From Erysipelotrichaceae bacterium (GTDB lineage Bacteria > Bacillota_I > Bacilli_A > Erysipelotrichales > Erysipelotrichaceae): a DNA stretch of 32,000 nt. A program made the translations under genes and the position numbers. Where the stretch lies: the NCBI GenBank assembly GCA_963663995.1, contig OY760660.1, forward strand, positions 840,001 to 872,000, given 5' to 3'. Under the pieces are notes generated by a model. That model was not told the origin of the DNA. It ran no database searches and worked only from the letters and a program-made list of their open reading frames with translations. The number at the start of each line of letters is the position of its first letter. The stretch's first letter is position 1. Below are positions 19,601 to 28,062 of this stretch, piece by piece.

Positions 19601-20652
19601 AATACTAAAAGAATTATCATAATGCTATAAAATATTCTATTTATTAGTTTATTTTCTTTATCAAAGATACTTTGTCCTAACATTAATGCTGTGAAAGATC
19701 CGCTAAATAACATAAGTTCACGTGTTTGATAAGTTATAGATTCATAAATAGACGTATATTGTTCAATTCCATTATTATTAACAATTTGACTGATAAAAGT
19801 CGAACTAGGGACAAAATGTGCAATTAACAAATGAAAATATACTCTTATATCCTCAAAATAAAAATGTGAATTTGTTGAATTAAACAATCTTGAATTTTGT
19901 AATAATAATAAGACACCAGGTACTATAAGAATAGCTGATAACAAAAAACCAAGTAAATATAAAGCAATTAAAGGAAATGCACTTTTTAAATATTGCTTTC
20001 TATGTTCTTCAAAAAATCGATAAGTATAATAAATTAGTGTAAAAATCGACAATGTATAAAACAAATAAAAATTCATAATCAACATTAAAGCAGTCATTAT
20101 GGCATAAAAAAAGTAAACTTTCTTTTTCATAGCCAATTCTAAACTTGCAAAATATAAAGGTACGAAGCTATAAAAACTTAAATATATTGGAACTTCTACA
20201 TATTTTAATGCCCAAGCAGAAAAAGTAAACAATAGAGCACCAAGAATTCTTGTATATTTATCCCAGTTTCTAACTCTTCCATAGATGTAAAAAGAAAGAG
20301 CAGCTGAAATAAATTTTAAAACGCTCAATATCATCACTATATTGTAGTAATGATTATTTATAAGAATTCCTAAATAGCTATATATATCTCCAAAAATGTA
20401 ATATGACTTAGCCGCTAAAAAATTATTCCCAAAAAACATATTCCAAGACCAAAAGGGAAAAGTTTTTTGTTTTATAGCATTTACGATTAAACGTCTAAAC
20501 TCAATAAAAAATAAACGATATTGTGTTCTTGAGTCAAACCCAATAACAAAAGCTTTACCCTCAATAATATAAGGTACCATTATGAAAGCAGTAATTAATA
20601 TTACAAAACTAATTAAAATTAATATTGGAAAGTATTTCTTTATTAATTTCAT
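16675..20652 (-). CDS. Fusion of two GT-C-like membrane modules: N-terminal YfhO-family plus C-terminal COG5617/PTPS-related-like
   Basis: Continuous ORF. ORF-track residues 1-777 form a complete YfhO: multi-TM region, extracytoplasmic domain, VTSIAFDKGWKVTVNNESVPIYAVNGGFVGFPINAGDNTIKMYF, final TM, basic tail. Residues 778-1331 begin MKFFKIKRN..GIPSGHDLIYHFSRIV..GYGYPVNLFYPLGLFYIP and form a second multi-TM protein with its own extracytoplasmic domain and terminal TM. The ORF-track start at 20670 is TTG. I prefer ATG 20652..20650, which has GGAAGGA upstream and shares one base with the upstream TGA (TGATG). Confidence 0.8.
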   Translation of the reverse strand: MKLIKKYFPILILISFVILITAFIMVPYIIEGKAFVIGFDSRTQYRLFFIEFRRLIVNAIKQKTFPFWSWNMFFGNNFLAAKSYYIFGDIYSYLGILINNHYYNIVMILSVLKFISAALSFYIYGRVRNWDKYTRILGALLFTFSAWALKYVEVPIYLSFYSFVPLYFASLELAMKKKVYFFYAIMTALMLIMNFYLFYTLSIFTLIYYTYRFFEEHRKQYLKSAFPLIALYLLGFLLSAILIVPGVLLLLQNSRLFNSTNSHFYFEDIRVYFHLLIAHFVPSSTFISQIVNNNGIEQYTSIYESITYQTRELMLFSGSFTALMLGQSIFDKENKLINRIFYSIMIILLVFPIGGSFMHGLSEHSFRWTLFLIFLNIVLAMKYFNKIEFIDLKILKKTSLIISLLIFLNIPVLSMILNVNPFNNTFQWIVFIITIIFIWVIYFVLFKDNKNKKTWIIIISVVEIIFASYLTFNMNPNYKKLDWDFVNKSETVLGKTPDQLNQYLQELDGDYGYYRIYAPYDSIYWYSSLNMNLLYNYSDVKTYDSTYQYSVDNLSKLISLDRGFGWTWNITNPDIIDFASVKYSIVTSESELPHSNFILIGDFYGLPLYLNNQYRPIANSYNFVISYDDYVKNPDISLINQTIIADENDVEIIKTYLSDASSASIKNVEKYQNLLLGDIYSEDRNFVVTSIAFDKGWKVTVNNESVPIYAVNGGFVGFPINAGDNTIKMYFMPEGFKLGAITTFIGFILLIFLIFFEVRKFFKHKNKQQNLMKFFKIKRNLISLTLIPIVFIFPMLLKGIPSGHDLIYHFSRIVGSFELLRSNISELKILPGFYYGYGYPVNLFYPLGLFYIPVYLMDFGLSLILSYKIFAVIITLLTALSMYWTSKYLFKSSSAALLASFLYTFSVYRNYTDFFERAALGEWVAFIFVPLVFLGLYKIINDEKPRAYLLAFSMSGLILTHTITTIVMVIILFIFALFNYKILIHSLNKIKQILFAIFITLGLTAFYWLPLLEMMFSDTFQYQTPWTNLHEHVINNIFQLVFISPQLAVFPNGIEWYLFLIPIIGLIFRFKSIIKNQVLLFSFIISLATLFIVSNVIPINWISFLNFIQFPFRLYFVLTFFLSILTAYFINEIVIEKGKWIQVLTLVLISVQYLYMTNYYYNVKMIGYWYDNFPRYSIEYYYAEFLPESADMDNLAQNASNKVINASNPIEISYSNNQLNYVVDFNQGAYINTQLELPLLYYKGYGAFYDDNGKYILLKTTKDSKSLLNVDLGDIKEGRLYIFYNGTLIQKISGYLSAIFVGLISVIFGLKSFEKIKGNRRFKKV

Positions 20653-22145
20653 CAATATGATTCCTTCCAATAAAAGATAACATCTGTGTCCATTGGAATA
20701 TTATTATAAATTTTAAAGGCTTCCATGTGATAGCTATCTTCTTCTTCGATATCACCAGCATGTATGGTATAGATAGGATAGCGAGGTAACCAAATGCCTG
20801 TTGTATACTGATCTGAATATAGATGATAATCATCTAGTATCATTTCACGTTCATGATAAATATTGGCTACAGCATTATATTTGATATAAAAGGTACGCAC
20901 ATCTATAAATGACATAACAATTAAAATTACGATCATTCCATTTTTTATTAGCCTATTAATTTCTATGATTTCCAAAATTAATACAAAACTTATAAACATA
21001 TAAAATACAGCATATAAAATTAAGCGAGAACCAATAACTGGTGACATCAAAAGGCTTGCACTACTTAAACTTGCAATGCCCATAAATATAATTAAATACG
21101 GTTGTTTTAATTTATAAATATTTAAACGTATTATCTGACTCAAAAGTAAAACAATATAAAGAACCCAAAACAACATTGACCACCACTGTGTCACATCAAA
21201 TAAACGAGCAGTTTGGGGTAAATATTGTATTAATCTTGTGTTTAATAAATATATTATCGCTATTCCATAAACCAGAATACTCATTACAAATTCAATTTTT
21301 GAGAAAGTCTTATAACTTACATAGATTAATAGGCAAGATAGAGAAAAAATAATGACTTTATTTTGAATGAATACATAATTTATAATTTGAGGTAAATTTC
21401 TAAGTACTTTTTCAAAAATGCTTAATGTTTGCCATTCAGGCATAGTAGCTAATCGGATATTTGATCCAGGACTTAAATACCATATGACAAAGGCAATTCC
21501 ATAAAAAATAATCGAAACAATTAGTATCGGATGAACTTTTTTTTGTTTATAAAAATCATAAACAATTAAACTTAAAACCACAAATCCAATAGCTATACTT
21601 ATATTTTCCATACCTAATGGTAGATAAAAAGATGTAAATGCAACTAGGATATAAGAAATCCAATTTTCTTTACCTTTAAATAGTGAATTTGTTATTGTGA
21701 ATAATAATACTATAGATAACCATAAGGGTATTCCATAATAGATAGAACCTGTTATCCAAGTATAGGTTTCCATACGAATATTATCTTTTATAGATACTAT
21801 AAAGAAAAATAAAAATAATAATGATAATTTTTGATTCTCTTTTTTAATAAATGAAGATAACAAATAAAATGTATTGGCAAAAATAAATGCATTTAATAGA
21901 TTCCATATTTCTTTATATTGAATCAGTGTATGCATAGAAAACAGGGTCATTAAACGACCTTCCCAGTGAAAATACATACCAATAGCAGCATCTACAACAT
22001 TAGATTTGACGACGTTGTTATGGAATGCCCAATCATCTCCTGACAAAGGTGTTTTATAGGAAATATAATAAAACAAACAAAAAACAATAGATGTCATCAT
22101 TAATCTAAAACGATTATCTTTTACATATTTGATTATTTCACCCAT
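20652..22145 (-). CDS. Polytopic membrane protein, GT-C-like (acidic DD motif in first external loop)
   Basis: 497 aa, hydrophobic throughout. The first loop after TM1 reads KTPLSGDDWAFHN, placing a DD pair where GT-C enzymes carry catalytic Asp residues. The same feature occurs in the 451-aa protein at 24159 (GFIDDNAY). GAGGG RBS lies 5 nt upstream of ATG 22145. Confidence 0.6.
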   Translation of the reverse strand: MGEIIKYVKDNRFRLMMTSIVFCLFYYISYKTPLSGDDWAFHNNVVKSNVVDAAIGMYFHWEGRLMTLFSMHTLIQYKEIWNLLNAFIFANTFYLLSSFIKKENQKLSLLFLFFFIVSIKDNIRMETYTWITGSIYYGIPLWLSIVLLFTITNSLFKGKENWISYILVAFTSFYLPLGMENISIAIGFVVLSLIVYDFYKQKKVHPILIVSIIFYGIAFVIWYLSPGSNIRLATMPEWQTLSIFEKVLRNLPQIINYVFIQNKVIIFSLSCLLIYVSYKTFSKIEFVMSILVYGIAIIYLLNTRLIQYLPQTARLFDVTQWWSMLFWVLYIVLLLSQIIRLNIYKLKQPYLIIFMGIASLSSASLLMSPVIGSRLILYAVFYMFISFVLILEIIEINRLIKNGMIVILIVMSFIDVRTFYIKYNAVANIYHEREMILDDYHLYSDQYTTGIWLPRYPIYTIHAGDIEEEDSYHMEAFKIYNNIPMDTDVIFYWKESY

Positions 22146-22152
22146 ATTACCC

Positions 22153-23100
22153 TCAAAATAAAATTGCCAATATTAAGTTTAATTTATATTTAATTAAATT
22201 AAAAATAATTTTTTGTTTAATTGAATAAGTTCTTAATAATTCAGCTTTAAACCAATGTGGTACACGTTGTCTGATTTCTAAATTATTTCTTTTATAATAT
22301 GTATATTTATCTTGGAAAGAATCTGATTCTTTTATACGTAAAGTTGTTGCAATTAAACCATGCGTAATAATGTATTTCTGATAAACAGTCTCCCATTTTT
22401 CATCATCAATACCTTTTCCTCTGAAATAACTATCTAAAGAATCAATAGCTGAATAGATATCAAATATTTTAGGATTAATTTGATGAGCTATAGAAGTACT
22501 TCGTTGAACATAAAAATAAAAGGCTTCATTTATATAACTTATTTTTTTAGCATTATATACAACCTTAGGAATTGTTTCTAAATCTTCATACCATTTCCCT
22601 TTAGGAAATCTAACATCTTGAAACAATGAAGTTTTATATATTTTATTGCATGCACTGTTATTTATTAGTAATAAATCTAATGGATTAGAAACATCAAAGT
22701 TCCCAGCACTTGAATATTTCTCTTCATCATTATCGAATACGTATTTCATGTCACAACAAACAATATCGCTCTTTTCAGTTTCACAAAGATCCATCATTCT
22801 TCTAAACATTGTTGTATCAATATAATCATCTGAATCGATAAAAGCTAAATATTCACCTTGTGCATGATCAATTCCAAAGTTACGCGCATCACTGAGTCCG
22901 CCATTAACTTTTTTAAGCACTTTAACTTTTGACTGATTTTCATGTTTTAAAGAACAAGCAATATCAATCGATTTATCCAATGAGCCATCATCCACTAGTA
23001 ATATTTCGAAATTATCAAAGTCTTGATTTAATAAACTGACCATGCATTTCTCAATATAATTTTCTACGTTGTAGACAGGTACAATAACACTTAATTTCAT
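22153..23100 (-). CDS. Glycosyltransferase family 2 (soluble)
   Basis: MKLSVIVPVYNVENYI, VDDGSLDKS, GGLSDARNFG and IDSDDYID motifs; paralog of 2078..3043. The ORF-track start at 23124 is GTG and would lie inside the putative promoter. ATG 23100 gives the canonical GT2 N-terminus. Confidence 0.85.
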   Translation of the reverse strand: MKLSVIVPVYNVENYIEKCMVSLLNQDFDNFEILLVDDGSLDKSIDIACSLKHENQSKVKVLKKVNGGLSDARNFGIDHAQGEYLAFIDSDDYIDTTMFRRMMDLCETEKSDIVCCDMKYVFDNDEEKYSSAGNFDVSNPLDLLLINNSACNKIYKTSLFQDVRFPKGKWYEDLETIPKVVYNAKKISYINEAFYFYVQRSTSIAHQINPKIFDIYSAIDSLDSYFRGKGIDDEKWETVYQKYIITHGLIATTLRIKESDSFQDKYTYYKRNNLEIRQRVPHWFKAELLRTYSIKQKIIFNLIKYKLNLILAILF

Positions 23101-23189
23101 CCTTGCTATTATAACATGAACCACTATTTAGACTTGACTTGGTTTCTAGGAATAATAATTTGATGCTATAATTCTATAAGGTAAAAAAT
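23101..23189. promoter_or_regulatory. Divergent promoter region with two opposed extended -10 elements
   Basis: This is the only strand switch of divergent type in the window. The plus strand has TGCTATAAT at 23164..23172, 17 nt before ATG 23190 (AAGG RBS at 23178..23181). The minus strand has TGTTATAAT (complement of 23108..23116), only 7 nt before ATG 23100. No good -35 is present on either side. Confidence 0.45.
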
Positions 23190-24119
23190 ATGAAAAAATT
23201 GTCTATTATAGTTCCATGTTATAACGAGGAAAAAGCACTACCTCATTTTATTGACGCAGTCATTAATGAAAGTAATAAAGTTGATTATCATTTTGAATAT
23301 ATCTTTGTAAATGATGGCTCAAAAGATAAAACACTGAATGTTCTAAAAAAATTAAAAGAAGAAAATAATAATTTAGATATTCAAATTATCGATTTTAGTC
23401 GTAATTTTGGTAAAGAAGCTGGAATATTAGCTGGGTTAAGCGAATCTACTGGTGATTTAGTTGTCATTATGGATGCCGATATGCAAGATCCCCCAGCATT
23501 ATTACCTGAAATGTTAAAACGAATAATTGTGGAAGATATTGATAGTGTCGCCACTTATCGTGTCACACGTACTGGTGAACCAAAAATCAGAAGTTATTTT
23601 GCAAGGAAATTTTATCAACTCATAAACAAAATAAGTGAAGTCGATATTGTAGACGGATCACGTGATTATCGTATGATGACACGTACAATGGTCGATGCCA
23701 TACTTTCTTTAACTGAATATCATCGATTCTCTAAAGGCATCTTTGTTTGGGTTGGATTTAAAACTGATTATCTAGAGTTTGAAAATGTTGAGCGTATAGC
23801 TGGTGAAACTAAATGGTCTTTTTGGAAATTATTTAAATATGCCATTGAAGGCATAGTTGCTTTTACTACTTTCCCATTAAGAATATCTACATTTGTCGGT
23901 TTTATATTTTCATTAATTGCTTTCATCTATATGATTTTTGTTATTGTAAAAGCATTCTTGTTTGGTGATCCAGTTGCTGGGTACCCATCAATGATGGCTA
24001 TTATCCTATTCTTAGGCGGTATTCAACTTCTTTCATTTGGCATTCTTGGCGAATATTTGGCAAAAACATACATGGAAGTCAAACATAGACCTAATTATGT
24101 AGTACGTAAAAGATATTAG
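23190..24119 (+). CDS. Polyprenyl-phosphate sugar synthase, GtrB/CsbB-type GT2
   Basis: 309 aa with LSIIVPCYNEE, VNDGSKDKT, SRNFGKE and DADMQDPP motifs, two C-terminal TMs, and GEYLAKTYMEVKHRPNYVV. Confidence 0.9.
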   Translation: MKKLSIIVPCYNEEKALPHFIDAVINESNKVDYHFEYIFVNDGSKDKTLNVLKKLKEENNNLDIQIIDFSRNFGKEAGILAGLSESTGDLVVIMDADMQDPPALLPEMLKRIIVEDIDSVATYRVTRTGEPKIRSYFARKFYQLINKISEVDIVDGSRDYRMMTRTMVDAILSLTEYHRFSKGIFVWVGFKTDYLEFENVERIAGETKWSFWKLFKYAIEGIVAFTTFPLRISTFVGFIFSLIAFIYMIFVIVKAFLFGDPVAGYPSMMAIILFLGGIQLLSFGILGEYLAKTYMEVKHRPNYVVRKRY

Positions 24120-24158
24120 TTTAATCATTTTATTCATTTAAACATTAAGGGTTAATTT

Positions 24159-25514
24159 ATGAAAAAAAATAGAATTTTAAATATGATAACTATTAATAAA
24201 GAGAAACTTCCTTTGGTTTTTCTTATAACTAGTTTAATAACACTTTACTCTACTGCAAAACTAGGATTTATTGATGATAATGCATATCTTTCATTAATTG
24301 GGAATCGTTCTTTTGTTGAATTTATAAAATACAATTATGACACTTGGTCATCAAGAATTTTTGGAGCATCACTACATGTACTTATATCACCACATCATTG
24401 GATGTGGTTTATTCTGAATATTGTTGTTTGGGTAATATTGTATTACTCGTTAGATAAAATAATAAATGATTCAAAATCAGTTTATGTAAAATGGGCTATT
24501 GTATTATCATTGCTCTCATATCGTCACTACTATATGGCTTCCGCTGGATGGATAGGAACGACAATAAATTATAGTTGGCCTTTAGCTTTAGGAGTTTTTT
24601 CATTAATTCCTTTTACAAAAATTTTAAGAAACATAAAAATAACTTCTTGGGAATGGTTCTTATTTTATCTTGCACTCTTATTTGCATCAAATTTTGAACA
24701 AATGACATTAATATTAGGTGTTTTATATTTTACTTTTTGGATATATCAGTTATTAAAAAAAGAATCTCACTGGCCAATCTTCATAGGTGGTATCCTAATC
24801 GGAATAAATGTGTTACTGATTGTTTTTAGTCAAGGTAATTTTTCTAGAAGAGTTGCAGAAGTAGATAGATGGTTTCCAGAATATTCTACACTAAGTAATT
24901 TCAGATTAATTGATTTGGGGTTCTCTTCTTCACTCTATCCAGTATATTTTAAACCAGATGTTATTTATTTGCTATTTGCTTTAATATTGGCGCTATTAAT
25001 TTACAAAAAAGACGGATCTATTAAAAATACTATTATCTCTTTTATTCCATTTTCCATAATGATTATATTTGGCATTTTTAACGATAATATAAACAATTTA
25101 TTTCCAACGATTGAATATATTAATAATTCGCTAACTGATATTGGTACTGGTATGAGTTTCACATCTGCTATTAGTTTTATTCCTAATATCATTTTATTAA
25201 TAGCACTAGTTTCATCTATTTATACTATATATGTAGGTTTTGGTAATAGTAACAAATCCTTATTTTTAGTATTGATATTTGTTCTTGGCTTATTAAGTCG
25301 AATGATTATGGCACTTTCACCGACAATATGGGCTTCTGTTGATAGAACATTTATATTTATGCAATTTTCATTTGTAATAGTTGGATTGTTTGCTTTTAAT
25401 GAGCTGATAATTCTAAATTCAATTAATAAGAGAGTATTTACATACATATCATTCATAGTCTTTGTATTAACATTTATTGATAATTTTTATAATATGACTT
25501 TCTTTTTTAGATAG
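24159..25514 (+). CDS. Polytopic membrane protein, GT-C-like partner of the 23190 synthase
   Basis: 451 aa, hydrophobic throughout, with first-loop motif AKLGFIDDNAYLS. AAGGG RBS lies 9 nt upstream of ATG 24159. It follows a GtrB-like gene after a 39-nt gap. Confidence 0.6.
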   Translation: MKKNRILNMITINKEKLPLVFLITSLITLYSTAKLGFIDDNAYLSLIGNRSFVEFIKYNYDTWSSRIFGASLHVLISPHHWMWFILNIVVWVILYYSLDKIINDSKSVYVKWAIVLSLLSYRHYYMASAGWIGTTINYSWPLALGVFSLIPFTKILRNIKITSWEWFLFYLALLFASNFEQMTLILGVLYFTFWIYQLLKKESHWPIFIGGILIGINVLLIVFSQGNFSRRVAEVDRWFPEYSTLSNFRLIDLGFSSSLYPVYFKPDVIYLLFALILALLIYKKDGSIKNTIISFIPFSIMIIFGIFNDNINNLFPTIEYINNSLTDIGTGMSFTSAISFIPNIILLIALVSSIYTIYVGFGNSNKSLFLVLIFVLGLLSRMIMALSPTIWASVDRTFIFMQFSFVIVGLFAFNELIILNSINKRVFTYISFIVFVLTFIDNFYNMTFFFR

Positions 25515-28012
25515 AAATATTCAAGAATCAAAAAAATTAATGTTACTCCACTTATAATTGATCCGATTTTTAAGAAAGGTTGCTCATATACAAATTCAAT
25601 ATTATGCTGACCTTTACTAATATCAAATCCAATAAATGAGTAATTTACTTTATAAGTTTCTACTGGAATACCATCTATTTTTACTTTCCATCCTTTATTA
25701 AAAGCAATTGTTGAAAATACTATAGAATTATCCTTTGTAATATTTATATCTGCTATTATCTTGTCTTCTTCAATTATTAAATTCTCAAATTTATCTTTAT
25801 CATTTATAGAAGAATATATTTCATCGATTAAATCGTTAGATACAAAATAAGCACTATAAATTGGATATTCATTTTTATTATAAATTGCCGTGCAATATAC
25901 ACCTACTCTATCAGCATCTAAATTATTTTCAATTGCGATATAAGCATACTCATTAACAACTTGTGAATTTAGCACATTATTTTCTTTATACCACTCTAAA
26001 TAACATTCAGTATACGGATTAGAAAACGAATAATCAATAAAGAAATATCCATTTTCTTCTTCTGATGTCAGTTGGATATTTGTGACATTTTCAGCAATAA
26101 TTTTCGGTAATATTAGATCATCCAATGTTACTGTTGTCTTTTTATCACTCACAATGGAATTTAACATAGTAATTTCTTTTTCAAATGATGAACTTTTTTC
26201 AATTTCTTTATAATTTGTTAGCTTATCTGATGCAAACCCTAATCCAACGACTAGATTATTTTTATAAATATCAAAATTATCAACTGTTTCTAAATAATCG
26301 TAACCATATGGAGCAACATAATCATTTAAAGCTACATAGTATTTCGAGCCTAATAAACTCTTAAACAAAAATTTTGATTCATTATTACTAATGTTCCATC
26401 CTGTGCCAAAACTGTTATCTAATATTGCTCGCGAATCATGATTATAAATTGTTGAATAAAATGTAAACCCTGAATAATCAAAAGCCAAAGGTTGATTTGG
26501 ATTGTCCACAATACTATCAATTCTATAAAAGTTTTTATCAATATCAATTATATAATCAAATGCCCTGTTTACACTAATGTCTTTACTTATATAATCAGTT
26601 GAACGTACAAATCTTAAATCGAAATTATAGTACAAACGACTTCCAATGCTTAATATTGCTTCAAAAGAAATAATTAAAAAAATCAAAAAATGAAATGTTT
26701 TTTTAAGTTTGATAGAAAAAACAATAATAATCGTATATATGATTACAAAAATAAAAATTAACAATAGTATCACATAAGTAAACCAACGATCTGAATTGTT
26801 GATTAAATTTAAATTTCTACCAAAATATAAAAAGCTTAAAATTAAAGATAAATTTAAAATACTTGTGAATAAAATAGATTTAATATTTAAATTCTTTATA
26901 TTATCTAAAATATATACAACAATTAATGCATTAAAAAAAACAATACCATTTTGCCATCGAACATCACCATTTCCGCTAAATAGTTTGCTTAAAAATGGAA
27001 ATATATTTCCTGAAAAATATATAATATAAAAAATTAAATAATATTTTGTTTCTTTGTTTTTTATAAAAAATAGCAAAGGGAATAACAAAGGAAAAATAAT
27101 AAAAGAATAATAATAATTAAGACTTACATTGTTATTAATTATTCGACTAATAAATAAGTTAGTACTATAATCACTTGAAACTGGAGAGTAAAAACTCGTA
27201 ATTAATTGATATAAATATGAGAAAGACATTCTAATCAAATCAGAATTTATATTTTGAATATTCAAACGAGGAGAACTAAGTAAAATATCAATACTTGGTA
27301 ATAATACAAAACTAGAAAGCAATATTCCGTATATATATAGTTTGATTAAAGGAAAAACAACTGAAACAAAATGTTTAAAATTAAGATTATTATATTGTTT
27401 AAAATAAAGAAAGAGTTGATAAATTATTAAAAACCAAGAAAACATATAAAAACTATAAGAGTTTGAAATGATAAAAAAAGTGACACTTAAAATAAATAAA
27501 TACTTCTTTCTACCAGTCTTAACTTCTTCTACTAAATATAAAAGTATAATAGCCCACAAGTAACTTTCTAGAAAAACATTGAAATGCAACCAATAAGAAA
27601 CATATCCCGAGAAAGTTATAATCAAAGATCCAATTATTGCATTATTTTTAACTAGAGTATGATGGTTTAACCATTTATATGAAAAAACAGAAATTAGGAT
27701 TAAAATTAAAATTTGTTGTAAAAAAAGAAATTGACCTATTAGTACGTACTTATTAATTAATACATAAATATATGTAAAAATTGATCCTAAAATTGAATTA
27801 AAGAAAAAAACATAATTAGTAGCACCAAAGCCAATAGAGTTATTCCATAGGGATATAGAAAAATCTTTCAATAAAAAAAGAATCTGTTTATAAACTGGTA
27901 ACAAAGTATCTAAAGGATCACCATAAAATATTAAAATACCATTATTAAAAAAAATAATATAAAAATATAAAAAACTAAAAATAATAAAATTTATAAATAA
28001 TAGTTTTCTCAT
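25487..28012 (-). CDS. YfhO-family polytopic membrane glycosyltransferase (GT-C)
   Basis: 841 aa with YfhO architecture and the C-terminal signature FSTIAFNKGWKVKIDGIPVETYKVNYSFIGFDISKGQHNIEFVY plus a final TM. Its 3' end overlaps the convergent gene by 28 nt. Confidence 0.85.
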   Translation of the reverse strand: MRKLLFINFIIFSFLYFYIIFFNNGILIFYGDPLDTLLPVYKQILFLLKDFSISLWNNSIGFGATNYVFFFNSILGSIFTYIYVLINKYVLIGQFLFLQQILILILISVFSYKWLNHHTLVKNNAIIGSLIITFSGYVSYWLHFNVFLESYLWAIILLYLVEEVKTGRKKYLFILSVTFFIISNSYSFYMFSWFLIIYQLFLYFKQYNNLNFKHFVSVVFPLIKLYIYGILLSSFVLLPSIDILLSSPRLNIQNINSDLIRMSFSYLYQLITSFYSPVSSDYSTNLFISRIINNNVSLNYYYSFIIFPLLFPLLFFIKNKETKYYLIFYIIYFSGNIFPFLSKLFSGNGDVRWQNGIVFFNALIVVYILDNIKNLNIKSILFTSILNLSLILSFLYFGRNLNLINNSDRWFTYVILLLIFIFVIIYTIIIVFSIKLKKTFHFLIFLIISFEAILSIGSRLYYNFDLRFVRSTDYISKDISVNRAFDYIIDIDKNFYRIDSIVDNPNQPLAFDYSGFTFYSTIYNHDSRAILDNSFGTGWNISNNESKFLFKSLLGSKYYVALNDYVAPYGYDYLETVDNFDIYKNNLVVGLGFASDKLTNYKEIEKSSSFEKEITMLNSIVSDKKTTVTLDDLILPKIIAENVTNIQLTSEEENGYFFIDYSFSNPYTECYLEWYKENNVLNSQVVNEYAYIAIENNLDADRVGVYCTAIYNKNEYPIYSAYFVSNDLIDEIYSSINDKDKFENLIIEEDKIIADINITKDNSIVFSTIAFNKGWKVKIDGIPVETYKVNYSFIGFDISKGQHNIEFVYEQPFLKIGSIISGVTLIFLILEYFYLKKKVIL

Positions 28013-28062
28013 TATCTTATTCTATCGAATCCAATTTTTTTATTCAACTTTATAAGTGAAAT

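Noticed and set aside
20653-20670. N-terminal extensions given by the ORF track: TTG at 20670, GTG at 23124, ATG at 6070, ATG at 31020 and ATG at 31643.
   Set aside because: Downstream ATGs at 20652, 23100, 6052, 30954 and 31616 are the better starts. They give canonical family N-termini. They have an SD (20652, 6052, 31616) or an ATGA stop/start overlap (30954), while 23100 sits 7 nt after the extended -10. They also avoid long overlaps with upstream genes or the promoter region.
20609-20833. 74-aa minus-strand ORF spanning the junction of the 497-aa and 1331-aa genes.
   Set aside because: It is an alternative frame of two strongly supported membrane-protein genes, and no independent signal supports it.
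24162-24169. Other A8/T8 tracts as phase-variation switches: 4804-4811, 21537-21544, 24162-24169 (right after a start codon), 26933-26940 and 30304-30311.
   Set aside because: All are in frame and encode Lys-Lys or Phe-Phe. Such tracts are frequent by composition in this AT-rich DNA. Only the tract at 30477-30484 is associated with an actual frame disruption.
28013-28062. Possible terminator or promoter in the 50-nt gap between the GtrB-like gene and YfhO, and similarly in the 9330-9369 gap.
   Set aside because: Only trivial 4-bp complementarity (gaat/attc) and T-runs are present. There is no stable hairpin and no convincing -10/-35, so these are most simply read as intra-operon spacers.
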